64,000 nucleotides of DNA from Candidatus Levybacteria bacterium RIFCSPHIGHO2_01_FULL_37_17 (GCA_001782035.1 MFNL01000001.1:2643-66642), one strand, 5' to 3'. Positions 37,880 to 47,634 are shown, counted from the stretch's first letter. Numbers and translations: made by a program. The notes: generated by a model not told the origin, from the sequence alone.

Positions 37880-38010
37880 AACTCCTCGTTCCCGAGAAGC
37901 TTAATAATTTCCTGGTCCCGGGAACTGCATAAGGTGGTTTTCCGACTTTACGGTAGCGGCACTGTGGAGGAATTACACCTCGCTTACCCTTTCCTTATTG
38001 ATACTTTTAT
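37880..38010 (-). promoter_or_regulatory. cobalamin (AdoCbl) riboswitch-like leader
   Basis: Minus-strand RNA reads AGGGUAAGC...GGUGUAAUUCC...CCGCUACCGUAA...AGUCGGAAAACCACC, matching GGUGnAAnUCC, the B12 box (CCGCCACUGUAA, 10/12) and AGYCAGGAGACC. Followed by GUUCCCG/CGGGAAC hairpin abutting the SD. Confidence 0.5.
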
Positions 38011-38032
38011 TAACAGGTTGGACAACACATAA

Positions 38033-40489
38033 TTAACATTCCGAATATCCGCATGCGTAACATTTTTTACAACCTTCTTCATATGCAAGAGATGCTGCCC
38101 CGCAGTCTGGGCAAATATCGTAAAGTCCTGTTTGTACTCCTGCTGCTACGAGCTCTCCTGTTGGACTTGAAGCAAGGGTTAATTGCTCAAGCTTTACAAC
38201 TTCCTGTTTCAGCTCAACTCCAGAATCGGGGGGTAGAATGTGAGATTCTTCTGCTTTAATCGTATTGCCGTTTGTATGTCCGTTTGAAAGACCGTTTCCG
38301 TTTGTTGAGTGGCCATTTATCAAAACATTTTTGTCTTCTACCACTCCGTTAACCCTAAATTCAAAGTGCCTCGACAAAACTTTTGCTACTGCATCAGGCA
38401 GCGAGCGTACCCGGTTTTCTCCAAATCCAACGCTTCTTGCGCCACCTATTCCAATAAGCTGGGCGACAACCTGTCTTACTCTTTCCCTTGGAGAAAGTAG
38501 TCCGTTTAATCTTAGGTTGAGAGATATCATTCTTCCTAAAGCATCTGCCATTGCCGCTACATCGGACCCCGATTTTCCAACTGTTATAAATACTTCGAAG
38601 GGCTCTTTTGAAGTATTGTGGTTAATTGTTATATAAGTTTTGCCAACGGGAGTTTCGGTTCCGTAAGTGACTCCTTCAACCACCATTGGCCTTGGAATAA
38701 CCGGCACTTGTGGGATTTGAACAACTTCTGCTTTAACTTCATCTTTTTTATCTTCTTTTCTTGACAGCACCCCTTCCCTGCTTCCATCTCTCATATAGGT
38801 TATACCTTTAAGCCCACTGTCATATGCCATTGTGTAGAGTTTTTTTACATCCTCTACTGTATGTGCATTTGGCGCATTAACGGTTTTTGAAATTGAACTA
38901 TCAATGTAGTCTTGGGCAACCGCTTGAACTTTGACATGTTCTTCGGGGGTCAAATCATTTGCCGACACAAAAAAGTTAGGTTTTTCTGCGCCTGCATTCT
39001 CTTTTTTCCATTCTTCAAATAGCGGATGGTACATTAAATGCTCACCGAGTCTATCCCGTCTTATAAATTCAAACTCATAAACCGGCTCAACTCCGGATGA
39101 TACTCCCGAAATAAGGGATGTCGTTCCAGTTGGTGCAATAGTTAAAAGGACCGCATTTCTTATTCCTTGTTTGTAGATTTTCTTTCTTATATCCTCCGGC
39201 AGTTTCTGGATATGATATCCTTTTTGATATAAATCTTTCTTGTATTTAGGAAAGCTTCCTTTCTCAATAGCAATATCGGAAGAAGCAATGTAAGCATTGT
39301 CTCTTAATGTTTTGAATATTTTCTCAATTACGGGAAGACTTTCTTCCGAGCCATATTTCATCTTCATTTTTATTAATGCATCGGCAAGCCCTAATATTCC
39401 AAGCCCAGTTCTTCTAATGTCCTTTGCCACTCTTTCATTTTCTTTATAAAAATAGTATGTTTCATCAATTACGTTATCCAAAAATCTCATCGCAACTCTT
39501 ACGTCTTTTCCAAAATTTCCATAATCAAAGACTCCTTTTTTGTTTACATATGCAGCCAAATTCATTGCTCCTAGGTTACATACTGCCCACGGAGAAAGAG
39601 GCTGTTCACCGCAAGGATTTGTGGCAGAAAGCCTCTCGAAATACCAAGTGTTGCTTCTTTTGTTGCTTCTATCCAAAAAGTGAAGTCCCGGCTCGGCAGA
39701 CCTCCAAGCCGCCGTACATATTAAATCCCACAAGTATTTTGCTTTAACAGTTTTATAAACCTTAAGCTTACCGCCTGCTTTTTTCCATTCTTCAACGTCG
39801 CCTTTCCACTTTTTGTCATATTTTTTATCGTCCAAATCAGGGAAAACGAGCTGCCAATCGCCGTCTTTTTTAACAGCGTCCATAAATGCATCTGACACAC
39901 AAACCGAAAGATTTGCTCCGTTTATTTTGCTTAAGTCTTGTTTTACAGTTATAAACTCCTCGATATCCGGATGCCAATCATGAAGCATCAACATCAGGGC
40001 ACCACGTCTACTTCCACCTTGCTGTACAATATCTTTCGTCGCCAAAGAATATAATTCTGCCCAGTTCATCGGACCCGAAGAAAATCCGTTTACTTTTTTT
40101 ACTCTTGCGCCTCGGGGACGCAACGAGGAAAGGTTAAGTCCAACACCACCTGCTCTTGCCATAATTTCAATCATTTGCGTGAGATTTTCCATTATTCCAC
40201 CCCTACTATCCGGAGGGTTTGGAATTACGAAACAATTAAAGTAAGAAACATCATAGCCAGTTCCCGCGCCTGAGAGTATTCGGCCTCCCGGAAGGAACTT
40301 AAAATCATACATTGCTTCAAAAAACTTCTTTTCCCACTTTTTACGGTTCTTTACTTTTTCGACACTGGCAATAGCGCGAGCCACTCTCCTCCACATCTCA
40401 TCAGGAGTTTTTTCCAGAGGATTTCCAGCAGTATCTTTTAATGAATACCTGTCTAAAAATACTTTTTGTCTTACGCCATCTAATTTCAT
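38033..40489 (-). CDS. nrdJ: ribonucleotide reductase class II, adenosylcobalamin-dependent
   Basis: 818 aa; class II RNR active-site region, C-terminal CPDCG...CKKCYACGYSEC redox tail. Confidence 0.9.
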   Translation of the reverse strand: MKLDGVRQKVFLDRYSLKDTAGNPLEKTPDEMWRRVARAIASVEKVKNRKKWEKKFFEAMYDFKFLPGGRILSGAGTGYDVSYFNCFVIPNPPDSRGGIMENLTQMIEIMARAGGVGLNLSSLRPRGARVKKVNGFSSGPMNWAELYSLATKDIVQQGGSRRGALMLMLHDWHPDIEEFITVKQDLSKINGANLSVCVSDAFMDAVKKDGDWQLVFPDLDDKKYDKKWKGDVEEWKKAGGKLKVYKTVKAKYLWDLICTAAWRSAEPGLHFLDRSNKRSNTWYFERLSATNPCGEQPLSPWAVCNLGAMNLAAYVNKKGVFDYGNFGKDVRVAMRFLDNVIDETYYFYKENERVAKDIRRTGLGILGLADALIKMKMKYGSEESLPVIEKIFKTLRDNAYIASSDIAIEKGSFPKYKKDLYQKGYHIQKLPEDIRKKIYKQGIRNAVLLTIAPTGTTSLISGVSSGVEPVYEFEFIRRDRLGEHLMYHPLFEEWKKENAGAEKPNFFVSANDLTPEEHVKVQAVAQDYIDSSISKTVNAPNAHTVEDVKKLYTMAYDSGLKGITYMRDGSREGVLSRKEDKKDEVKAEVVQIPQVPVIPRPMVVEGVTYGTETPVGKTYITINHNTSKEPFEVFITVGKSGSDVAAMADALGRMISLNLRLNGLLSPRERVRQVVAQLIGIGGARSVGFGENRVRSLPDAVAKVLSRHFEFRVNGVVEDKNVLINGHSTNGNGLSNGHTNGNTIKAEESHILPPDSGVELKQEVVKLEQLTLASSPTGELVAAGVQTGLYDICPDCGAASLAYEEGCKKCYACGYSEC

Positions 40490-40501
40490 AATTTGTCTTT
40501 C

Positions 40502-40951
40502 TTAATTGATAAGCCTTTTTACTTCTTTTTCAAAATCTTCAACGTCTACGAAGTTTTTAAACACACTTGAAAATCTTATATAAGCCACTTTGTCTAATTT
40601 TTTAAGTCTTGCTGCTACCATATTGCCTATTTTTTTACTTTCCACTTCAACTCCTGTTTCTCCTCTTAGTTCCATTTCGATATCTGTTACTATTTGCTCT
40701 ATTACATCAAGAGGAATTTTTGTCTTTTCGCAAGAGCGTATTATTCCTCTTTTTAATTTATCTCTATCAAATTGTTCCCGTCTTCCGTCCTTTTTAATTA
40801 CTATTAAATTTATATTTTCAATTCTCTCGTAAGTCGTAAACCTTTTATTGCATTGTCCACACTCGCGTCTTCTTCTTATAGTCTCTAAGTCTTCACTGTC
40901 TCTTGTTTCTACTACTTCTGTATCTGTTAATCCGCAATATGGACACTTCAT
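40502..40951 (-). CDS. nrdR: transcriptional repressor NrdR
   Basis: MKCPYCG...CGQCNKRFTTYE zinc ribbon plus ATP-cone; 12 nt upstream of nrdJ. Confidence 0.9.
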   Translation of the reverse strand: MKCPYCGLTDTEVVETRDSEDLETIRRRRECGQCNKRFTTYERIENINLIVIKKDGRREQFDRDKLKRGIIRSCEKTKIPLDVIEQIVTDIEMELRGETGVEVESKKIGNMVAARLKKLDKVAYIRFSSVFKNFVDVEDFEKEVKRLIN

Positions 40952-40959
40952 ACATTAAT

Positions 40960-40973
40960 CACTAGATTTAGTG
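40960..40973 (-). promoter_or_regulatory. NrdR-box-like palindrome, with putative promoter (-35 TTGACA at 41005-41010, -10 TATGCT at 40982-40987) just upstream of nrdR
   Basis: CACTAGATTTAGTG is a 5-4-5 inverted repeat, 12/14 to NrdR box core CACTATATATAGTG, located at the predicted TSS. Confidence 0.35.
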
Positions 40974-41181
40974 TTAGAAAAAGCATATGGCACTACATTT
41001 ACCCTGTCAACTATTAATATATATATCAAATAAGGTCAATTTGAAATTTAGCCTCAAAATATAATTTGTGGAAATAATTTTTAGATAAATTTTAAAACTC
41101 ACCGATTTTTTGTGAACAGTTTATAAAATGTCTAAAAAATTCTGTATAAAAAAAATGCTCTATTGGGGCAGTTTAAGCTGG

Positions 41182-41721
41182 TTAATCGGACTTTATTATT
41201 TCCAATCTTTCCTGAAAATCATGTGCCCTTGCTTCTAAAAATCTAAGATTTAAAAGCGTATCCCCTTTTTGTTCCGATTGCATTTCCCGAATTACAAACT
41301 GGTGTTTTTTAGAAGCGGTAATCATTTTATCTAAAAGTTGTTCTACATTTTCACCTTTTTTCTTTGCTTTAAAAATGTTAGAAATTGCGTCGTCAAAATA
41401 ATTTCCGCTTTTGGAAAGAGTTGTGATAGCTAGATCATCTTTTGCTTTTTCCAACAGTGCTTTTCCAGCTCCCAATCTTTTATCCGCCTGTAATAAATCA
41501 AACTCCGCTTTTTTCATTTCATCTCTTATCAAAAATTTTAAGATATTATCCCGTATTGCTTTTAAATAATATAAAGGGTTGTCGGGCAAGAGACCGGGAT
41601 AGACAAGTTCGTATTCAACTTTAGGAAGTGCAGAAGACGTTGATACGGTTTGGGCCAAAGATTTACTAAAGAATGATGAAATTAAGACGAGCAGTAAAAC
41701 GATTAAAATTCTTCTAAGCAT
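41182..41721 (-). CDS. secreted hypothetical protein
   Basis: Signal peptide MLRRILIVLLLVLISSFFSKSLAQ, helical, Lys/Glu-rich. Confidence 0.4.
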   Translation of the reverse strand: MLRRILIVLLLVLISSFFSKSLAQTVSTSSALPKVEYELVYPGLLPDNPLYYLKAIRDNILKFLIRDEMKKAEFDLLQADKRLGAGKALLEKAKDDLAITTLSKSGNYFDDAISNIFKAKKKGENVEQLLDKMITASKKHQFVIREMQSEQKGDTLLNLRFLEARAHDFQERLEIIKSD

Positions 41722-41742
41722 GTTAGGATTATAGCACTTTTT

Positions 41743-42798
41743 TTAAGAGGCAGAATATTTTTTACCAACCATTATTACTTCTTCAACTAATCTGTTCGCA
41801 TATCCGTATTCGTTGTCATACCAGGCTATAACCTTAACCATATTTCCTATTACTTGAGTCAGCGATAAATCGACAATGGATGAATAAGAACTTCCAATAA
41901 TGTCAGACGATACAATTGGGTCATCTGTTACAGTTAAAATGCCTTCAAATGCGGCGAGCTTACTCGCATTTCGCAGTGCGCTGTTTATTTCCTCTTTGGT
42001 CGTCTCTTTCTTAAGAATAAAGGTAAAGTCAGAAAGAGAACCAACGGGTACAGGGACTCGAATCGCAAGTCCGTTGAACAAACCTTTAAGCTCCGGCAAA
42101 GCTTCTGTTGCAGCAATTGTTGCACCTGTTGAGGTTGGAATTATATTTTGCGAAGCAGCCCTTGCACGTCTGTAGTCTTTATGTCCACCATCTTGGAGCT
42201 CTTGGTCTGAAGTAAACCCATGAATTGTCGTCATCATTGCCTTCTCCACCCCGAAGCTGTCTACCATTACTTTTGCAACAGGAGTTATGCAATTTGTTGT
42301 ACAGGACGCATTTGAAATTGCATTTTCTCCTTTGTATTCTTTGTCATTTACAGACAAAACATAAGTTGGAATGCTACCCTCTTTAACCGGGGCTGACAAA
42401 ACTACAGACTTTGCCCCCGCCCCTAAGTGTTTTTTTAATCCTTCTTCATCGGTAAACTTTCCCGTTGATTCGATTACGACATCCACACTTAAATCTTTCC
42501 AGGGTAAAAGGGTTGGGTCTTTTTGCGAAAAAACAGGAATTTTTTTATTGTTAAGAGCAATATAGCCAATCAAGTCCTGATGTGTTGAGTTTTTCTCTTT
42601 TTCCGCATATGAAACGTCCAGTGCATAAATCGGGCCGTAGCTTGTATCGTATTTTAAAAGATACATCCAACCCTTTATATCAGTTGAACTTCCTGCGTTT
42701 ATTGCAACGACATCAATTTGATCCGAATACTTTTCCAAAATTACCCTATGTGCAACTCTTCCGATTCTTCCATAACCATTTATTGCAAGTCTTACCAT
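41743..42798 (-). CDS. gap: glyceraldehyde-3-phosphate dehydrogenase
   Basis: INGYGRIGR NAD motif, SCTTNC catalytic Cys. Confidence 0.9.
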   Translation of the reverse strand: MVRLAINGYGRIGRVAHRVILEKYSDQIDVVAINAGSSTDIKGWMYLLKYDTSYGPIYALDVSYAEKEKNSTHQDLIGYIALNNKKIPVFSQKDPTLLPWKDLSVDVVIESTGKFTDEEGLKKHLGAGAKSVVLSAPVKEGSIPTYVLSVNDKEYKGENAISNASCTTNCITPVAKVMVDSFGVEKAMMTTIHGFTSDQELQDGGHKDYRRARAASQNIIPTSTGATIAATEALPELKGLFNGLAIRVPVPVGSLSDFTFILKKETTKEEINSALRNASKLAAFEGILTVTDDPIVSSDIIGSSYSSIVDLSLTQVIGNMVKVIAWYDNEYGYANRLVEEVIMVGKKYSAS

Positions 42799-42846
42799 AA
42801 ATTTAGTATAACAGAGGGATTAAAAATGGGACAAGGGGAAAACAAA

Positions 42847-43278
42847 TTATTGAGTTTTTAATTCATCTCTAACTCTCATTAAAGCTTTACCCATATGATT
42901 TGCTCCCCTTCCGTCTTTCCCGCTTCCCCAGAAATCATCATTTGGATTCTCCTCGACAATTTCTTTGTCGCCCGTTTTCATTAATGCATCTTTTACTTCT
43001 TCGTGTTGCATAACTTTTTCTCTCAAGAGTTCGTACATAATGTTTAATTTTATGCGTGACCAGTCTTCTCTTTTCCCTGGACGCGATCTCCCGATATTAA
43101 ATGCCATTAGGGGACTTTGCGCATTTCTAACTTCTTCTCGCGTGGGCTCGTCTAAGAACTTTTGAGTTTGAAAAGCGTGTTCTAAAGTGGGATATTCAAC
43201 TCCTTTATAAACTAACTTGTGGGGAGAGAAGTTTGAAAATAAAAAATAGGATGTTTCGTAATGTGGAATCTTTATCAT
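42847..43278 (-). CDS. NADAR (YbiA-like, DUF1768) family protein
   Basis: FLFSNFSPHKLVYKGVEYPTLEHAFQTQKF matches the NADAR N-terminal signature. Confidence 0.65.
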   Translation of the reverse strand: MIKIPHYETSYFLFSNFSPHKLVYKGVEYPTLEHAFQTQKFLDEPTREEVRNAQSPLMAFNIGRSRPGKREDWSRIKLNIMYELLREKVMQHEEVKDALMKTGDKEIVEENPNDDFWGSGKDGRGANHMGKALMRVRDELKTQ

Positions 43279-44312
43279 TTTTCTAAAACTTCTATTCCCG
43301 GAAGTTTAATACCAGCTAAAAATTCCAGCATTGCGCCTCCGCCCGTTGAAACAAATTTGAATTTTTTAAGTAGTCCTTCTTTTCTTAAAAACTCAATAGT
43401 TTCCCCTCCTCCTACTATTGTATAAACATTTGCGTTTGCAACTGCTTTTGCGATTTCGCGAGTTCCCAAGTCAAAACATTTTTCAAATTCCCCCATTGGT
43501 CCGTTCCAGACAATTGTTTTAGAAGAATTTATTACCTGAATAAAGTTCTGAATTGAAACCTCTGAAATATCTTCCTTATCAGAGGTTAAATCAGCTACAA
43601 AAAGTATTGATTTTTTTCCAGCTAGCTTTTCGTGAGCTACTTTTGCAAGTTCCCTTGTATGTTCCGCAATTTCTCCTCCAACCAAAACATAATCCGCCAA
43701 GTGGTGCATTTTTTCAACTAAGAGGAGTTTTGTTTCGATTTTTGCACCACCTATTATAATAGTTAGCGGACGAACAGGATCGTTGAGAATTTTTGAAAGC
43801 TCCTCTACTTCTTTTTGAAGTCTAAGCCCTGCATAAGATGGAAGAAATTGCGTTATTGAACTTACAGACGCATGTGCTCTATGAGAAACGGCAAAAGCAT
43901 CATTTACATAAAGGTCGGCGCAAGAAGCGAGTTTTTTAGCAAAATCTTCATTGTTTTCTTCCTCTTCTTTAAAAAATCGAAGATTCTCAAGTAGCACTAT
44001 TTTTTCTGCAACTTGGAAACCATCAAAATCTTCTATTTTAATTTCTTTAGTTTCCCATTCGAAATTTTTTGAAAACCAATCTGCTACAATTTTTAAACTA
44101 TACTTTTCATCCTTGCCGGCTGGCCGCCCAAGGTGACCAAGTATTATTATTTCTTGTGCTTTTTGCAGGAGATAGTCTATTGTTTCCAATGAGGATTCAA
44201 GTCTTGAGTCATCATTTATTTCCCCATTTTCAACTGGCACATCCAAATCAAGTCTGAGAAGAATTTTTTTTCCTTCTAAGTCTGCGACTTGAATTTTTTT
44301 CAAATTAATCAT
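43275..44312 (-). CDS. pgk: phosphoglycerate kinase (compact, ~345 aa); start set to ATG at 44312, which overlaps the upstream stop as TAATG
   Basis: LRLDLDVP and ILGHLGRP N-domain motifs, GGGA/GGGE C-domain motifs. The track start at 44333 is a TTG. Confidence 0.85.
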   Translation of the reverse strand: MINLKKIQVADLEGKKILLRLDLDVPVENGEINDDSRLESSLETIDYLLQKAQEIIILGHLGRPAGKDEKYSLKIVADWFSKNFEWETKEIKIEDFDGFQVAEKIVLLENLRFFKEEEENNEDFAKKLASCADLYVNDAFAVSHRAHASVSSITQFLPSYAGLRLQKEVEELSKILNDPVRPLTIIIGGAKIETKLLLVEKMHHLADYVLVGGEIAEHTRELAKVAHEKLAGKKSILFVADLTSDKEDISEVSIQNFIQVINSSKTIVWNGPMGEFEKCFDLGTREIAKAVANANVYTIVGGGETIEFLRKEGLLKKFKFVSTGGGAMLEFLAGIKLPGIEVLEK

Positions 44313-45310
44313 TAGTCTGTAAATTCCTGGCAATACATTTGGCCGTATACTCCTCCGTCTATTGCACCAATTCCCACTTTTCCAAAATCCTTTGACAAAA
44401 TATTTGCTTTATGGCCTTCGCTGTTCATAAGCCCTTGCATTGCCAGCTCAACATTTGGAGCCAGGGCAAGGTTTTCTCCGGCAAACTTAAAGTTTACATC
44501 TGCTGCAACCATTCTATCAAAAGGCGAAAGACCCTCGGGGGTGTAATGGGAAAAATATCCTCGTCTAAACATGTCGCTACAATGTGCGCGACCAACTTTT
44601 GCAAGTTGTTCTGAAAAGGAGAGAATGGAAAGCCCTTGAGAAGAACGCTCCATGTTTACTTTGGCAAACATTTCTTGCTCTGCGGCGTAATCAACGCTGA
44701 TATTTTCTGCTTTAAAGTTAAGTCCTACACTTTGATCAGATTGTGGCTCGACTGTAAGAAAAGATAGCGTATCGTTTACAGCCCCTCCGAAAACTTCATT
44801 TAAACCATGTGCAAAAACCTGTGTATTTGAAACTAAAACATTGCCAAACCTTGAATCTGTAACCGAATTTTTTAAAAAGACCGAAAAAGGAAGCGCTATT
44901 ATAAGACTTAATATAAAAGCGGAAAGAACCAAACCGGATAATACTCCCGGAAATACTCCTAGTAGTTTTTCGAAAGGCAAAAGCTTGCTTAAATTCGGGT
45001 TGGATTTCATAAAGGCAGGGAAAGAGAAAAAAATCTTCTTGAGTACCACGCTAAATATAATTTCAAACATTATTGCGGCAATTAAAAAACCTAAGGCGTT
45101 TGCAAAACCCTGCGGAATACTAAAAACTTGAACTAAAACTTCAGAAAGCCTGCTGTAAAAAGCAAGACCAAAAACAAATGAGAGAACAAAACTGATAAAG
45201 TCCACAAAAGAGGCAAAAAAACCTAAAAAGTAACCTTCAATCGCATAAATCGTTACTATTACAAGCAGAATGAAGTCAATCCAATTGAGGCCAAAATAAC
45301 TTACGTCCAC
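44312..45310 (-). CDS. CvpA-family membrane domain fused to CAP/SCP (PR-1-like) domain
   Basis: N-terminal 4-TM CvpA-like region. C-terminal GYFSHYTPEG and GENLA motifs of the CAP superfamily. Confidence 0.6.
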   Translation of the reverse strand: MDVSYFGLNWIDFILLVIVTIYAIEGYFLGFFASFVDFISFVLSFVFGLAFYSRLSEVLVQVFSIPQGFANALGFLIAAIMFEIIFSVVLKKIFFSFPAFMKSNPNLSKLLPFEKLLGVFPGVLSGLVLSAFILSLIIALPFSVFLKNSVTDSRFGNVLVSNTQVFAHGLNEVFGGAVNDTLSFLTVEPQSDQSVGLNFKAENISVDYAAEQEMFAKVNMERSSQGLSILSFSEQLAKVGRAHCSDMFRRGYFSHYTPEGLSPFDRMVAADVNFKFAGENLALAPNVELAMQGLMNSEGHKANILSKDFGKVGIGAIDGGVYGQMYCQEFTD

Positions 45311-45336
45311 TTAATTATTATAGTACACACTATTAA

Positions 45337-47574
45337 ATGGCTCAAGCCAAATATGGTATCATTGTGAATGTGAAAAAGAGCAACTTTTCTTATTATTTAA
45401 CTAGGGTTAAAGGTTTTCCAAGAATTCATTTAATCGCAGCTGCTTTGTGCTTGATTTTCCTTGGGGCATTTTACTTCTATATATTAAAAGACCTGCCTCT
45501 TCCTACAAATCTGTCTTCTTCATCAAACCCAGAGACGACTTTAATTTATGATAGAGATGGAAAGATTTTATACAATATCTACGACAAGCGAAACCAAATA
45601 TCTATTCCACTTGCTTCTATGCCCAAACATTTAAAGGAAGCGACACTTTCTATAGAAGATAAAAATTTTTACCACCATGGAGCTATTGATTTAAGGGGAA
45701 TGACAAGAGCAGCAATATCAATTGTTTTCAGGCAGCAAATACAAGGCGGCTCAACTCTAACCCAGCAGCTTGTAAAAAACAGCCTTCTTACCCAGGAAAG
45801 AACAATCCCCCGCAAAATTAAAGAGATCCTTCTTTCTTTTGCTACAGAATTTCTCTACACAAAAGACCAGATTTTGGAAATGTATTTAAACCAGACTCCT
45901 TACGGAGGCCTGGCTTATGGAGTTGAGGCGGCCGCAGATACTTACTTTGGAAAACACGCGAAAGACTTAACTCTGTCTGAGGCTGCACTTATTGTAGGGC
46001 TTCCGCAATCCCCAACCCGTTATTCTCCTTTTGGGGCCCGTCCTGAGCTTGCAAAAGCAAGACAACTTGAGGTGCTGAAGAATATGGAAGAAGCAGGATA
46101 TATAACATCTGCGCAGAGACAAAAAGCAGAGGGCGAAAAATTAAATTATAAAACTATTGCAACGGAAATTAAGGCACCGCATTTTGTTTTGTATATAAAA
46201 GATTTGTTGATTGAAAAATATGGCGAAAAGGTAGTAGAAGAGGGAGGATTAAAAGTTACAACGAGTCTCGATTTGACAATCCAAACTGCGGCAGAAGCCT
46301 CTGTTTCTGCACAAATTGACAGCCTCCCAAAATTCTACCACGTAACAAACGGTGCTGCTTTGGTCACAAATCCTTCAACTGGTGAAATTCTTGCAATGGT
46401 TGGAAGCAAAGATTATTTTGATAGCGAAATTGACGGAAATGTAAATTTAACAACTTCGCTAAGACAGCCAGGCTCATCTATAAAACCTATAAATTATGCT
46501 GTTGGTCTTATAAAAGGCTATAGCGCATCAACTGCTTTTGTAGACCAGGCCACCTGTTTTTCAAACCAGGGAGGAAGAAACTACTGTCCGAAAAACTATG
46601 ACAACCAATGGCATGGTCTAACTCAAGTTAGATATGCCCTTGCAAACTCATACAATATTCCGGCTGTTAAAATGCTCAAAACCAACACAATTCCTTCTAT
46701 GATTGCAACCGCATCTGCTATGGGAATAACAACTTTTGAGGATGCCTCAAATTATGGGCTTTCTCTAACTTTAGGGGGAGGAGAAGTGAGAATGACCGAA
46801 ATGGCAACAGCATTCGGAGTTTTTGCAAACGGCGGGTATAGAATAAACCTCCACCCAATACTTAAAGTGGTTGATAAAAAAGGGAAAGTTTTAGAGGAGT
46901 ACTCATCCCCCAAGAGTCCGATTTTTGGCAAAAAAATAATTGAGAGCGGAGTTGCTTTTATAATTTCAGATATTCTTTCTGATAATGGAGCAAGAACTGC
47001 CGCTTTTGGACCAAATTCACAGCTTAGAATAGATGGGAAAACGGTATCAGTCAAAACAGGTACTACAAACGACTATAAAGATAATTGGACAATAGGCTAT
47101 ACACCTTCATTTTTAGTTGCGACTTGGGTCGGGAATTTCGACAATACTGCGATGAGCGGGGTTGTATCTGGAGTAACAGGAGCAGCCCCCATTTGGAACG
47201 ATATAATGTCGTATGTTTTAGCAGGAAAGCCTGATGAACCTCCTTCAAGACCTGCCTCCATTGTTCAAAAACGGGTTTGTCAAGACACTGGGGTTGTTGC
47301 ATCTCTTGAGCAAGGTAAAGAGTGTGCAACAAGACTTGAGTACTTTATAAAAGGAACAGAAGGCGAGAAAAGTCCAATTACTCAACAGGATATATTTATT
47401 AAAAAAGGTTCGGAAGATATTCCTGCCCTAGATGACACAACAGACATTGAGGCTAAAAGCTTTTTGCTTTATGTTGACCCGACCGGGGATAAATATTGTC
47501 TAAATTGCAAAAATCCCGGAGGAATTCCTACTGTAAAATCATCTCCTACTCCAAGCCCTACTCCTTCTCCCTAG
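45337..47574 (+). CDS. class A penicillin-binding protein (PBP1A-type glycosyltransferase/transpeptidase), copy 1
   Basis: GT51 motifs EDKNFYHHGAID and GGSTLTQQL; TPase SSIKP (SxxK), SYN, KTGTT. C-terminal SPTPSPTPSP tail. Confidence 0.85.
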   Translation: MAQAKYGIIVNVKKSNFSYYLTRVKGFPRIHLIAAALCLIFLGAFYFYILKDLPLPTNLSSSSNPETTLIYDRDGKILYNIYDKRNQISIPLASMPKHLKEATLSIEDKNFYHHGAIDLRGMTRAAISIVFRQQIQGGSTLTQQLVKNSLLTQERTIPRKIKEILLSFATEFLYTKDQILEMYLNQTPYGGLAYGVEAAADTYFGKHAKDLTLSEAALIVGLPQSPTRYSPFGARPELAKARQLEVLKNMEEAGYITSAQRQKAEGEKLNYKTIATEIKAPHFVLYIKDLLIEKYGEKVVEEGGLKVTTSLDLTIQTAAEASVSAQIDSLPKFYHVTNGAALVTNPSTGEILAMVGSKDYFDSEIDGNVNLTTSLRQPGSSIKPINYAVGLIKGYSASTAFVDQATCFSNQGGRNYCPKNYDNQWHGLTQVRYALANSYNIPAVKMLKTNTIPSMIATASAMGITTFEDASNYGLSLTLGGGEVRMTEMATAFGVFANGGYRINLHPILKVVDKKGKVLEEYSSPKSPIFGKKIIESGVAFIISDILSDNGARTAAFGPNSQLRIDGKTVSVKTGTTNDYKDNWTIGYTPSFLVATWVGNFDNTAMSGVVSGVTGAAPIWNDIMSYVLAGKPDEPPSRPASIVQKRVCQDTGVVASLEQGKECATRLEYFIKGTEGEKSPITQQDIFIKKGSEDIPALDDTTDIEAKSFLLYVDPTGDKYCLNCKNPGGIPTVKSSPTPSPTPSP

Positions 47575-47634
47575 TTTTGCCTCTTTTCAAAATACTACAC
47601 CTATAGTATAATCCAAAAAACTCCTCATAAATAT

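Noticed and set aside
37921-37985. Reading the riboswitch-like element on the plus strand
   Set aside because: Plus orientation gives GGUGGUUUUCC, which lacks the AA of GGUGnAAnUCC. Flanking genes are minus-strand. The minus orientation fits three consensus blocks.
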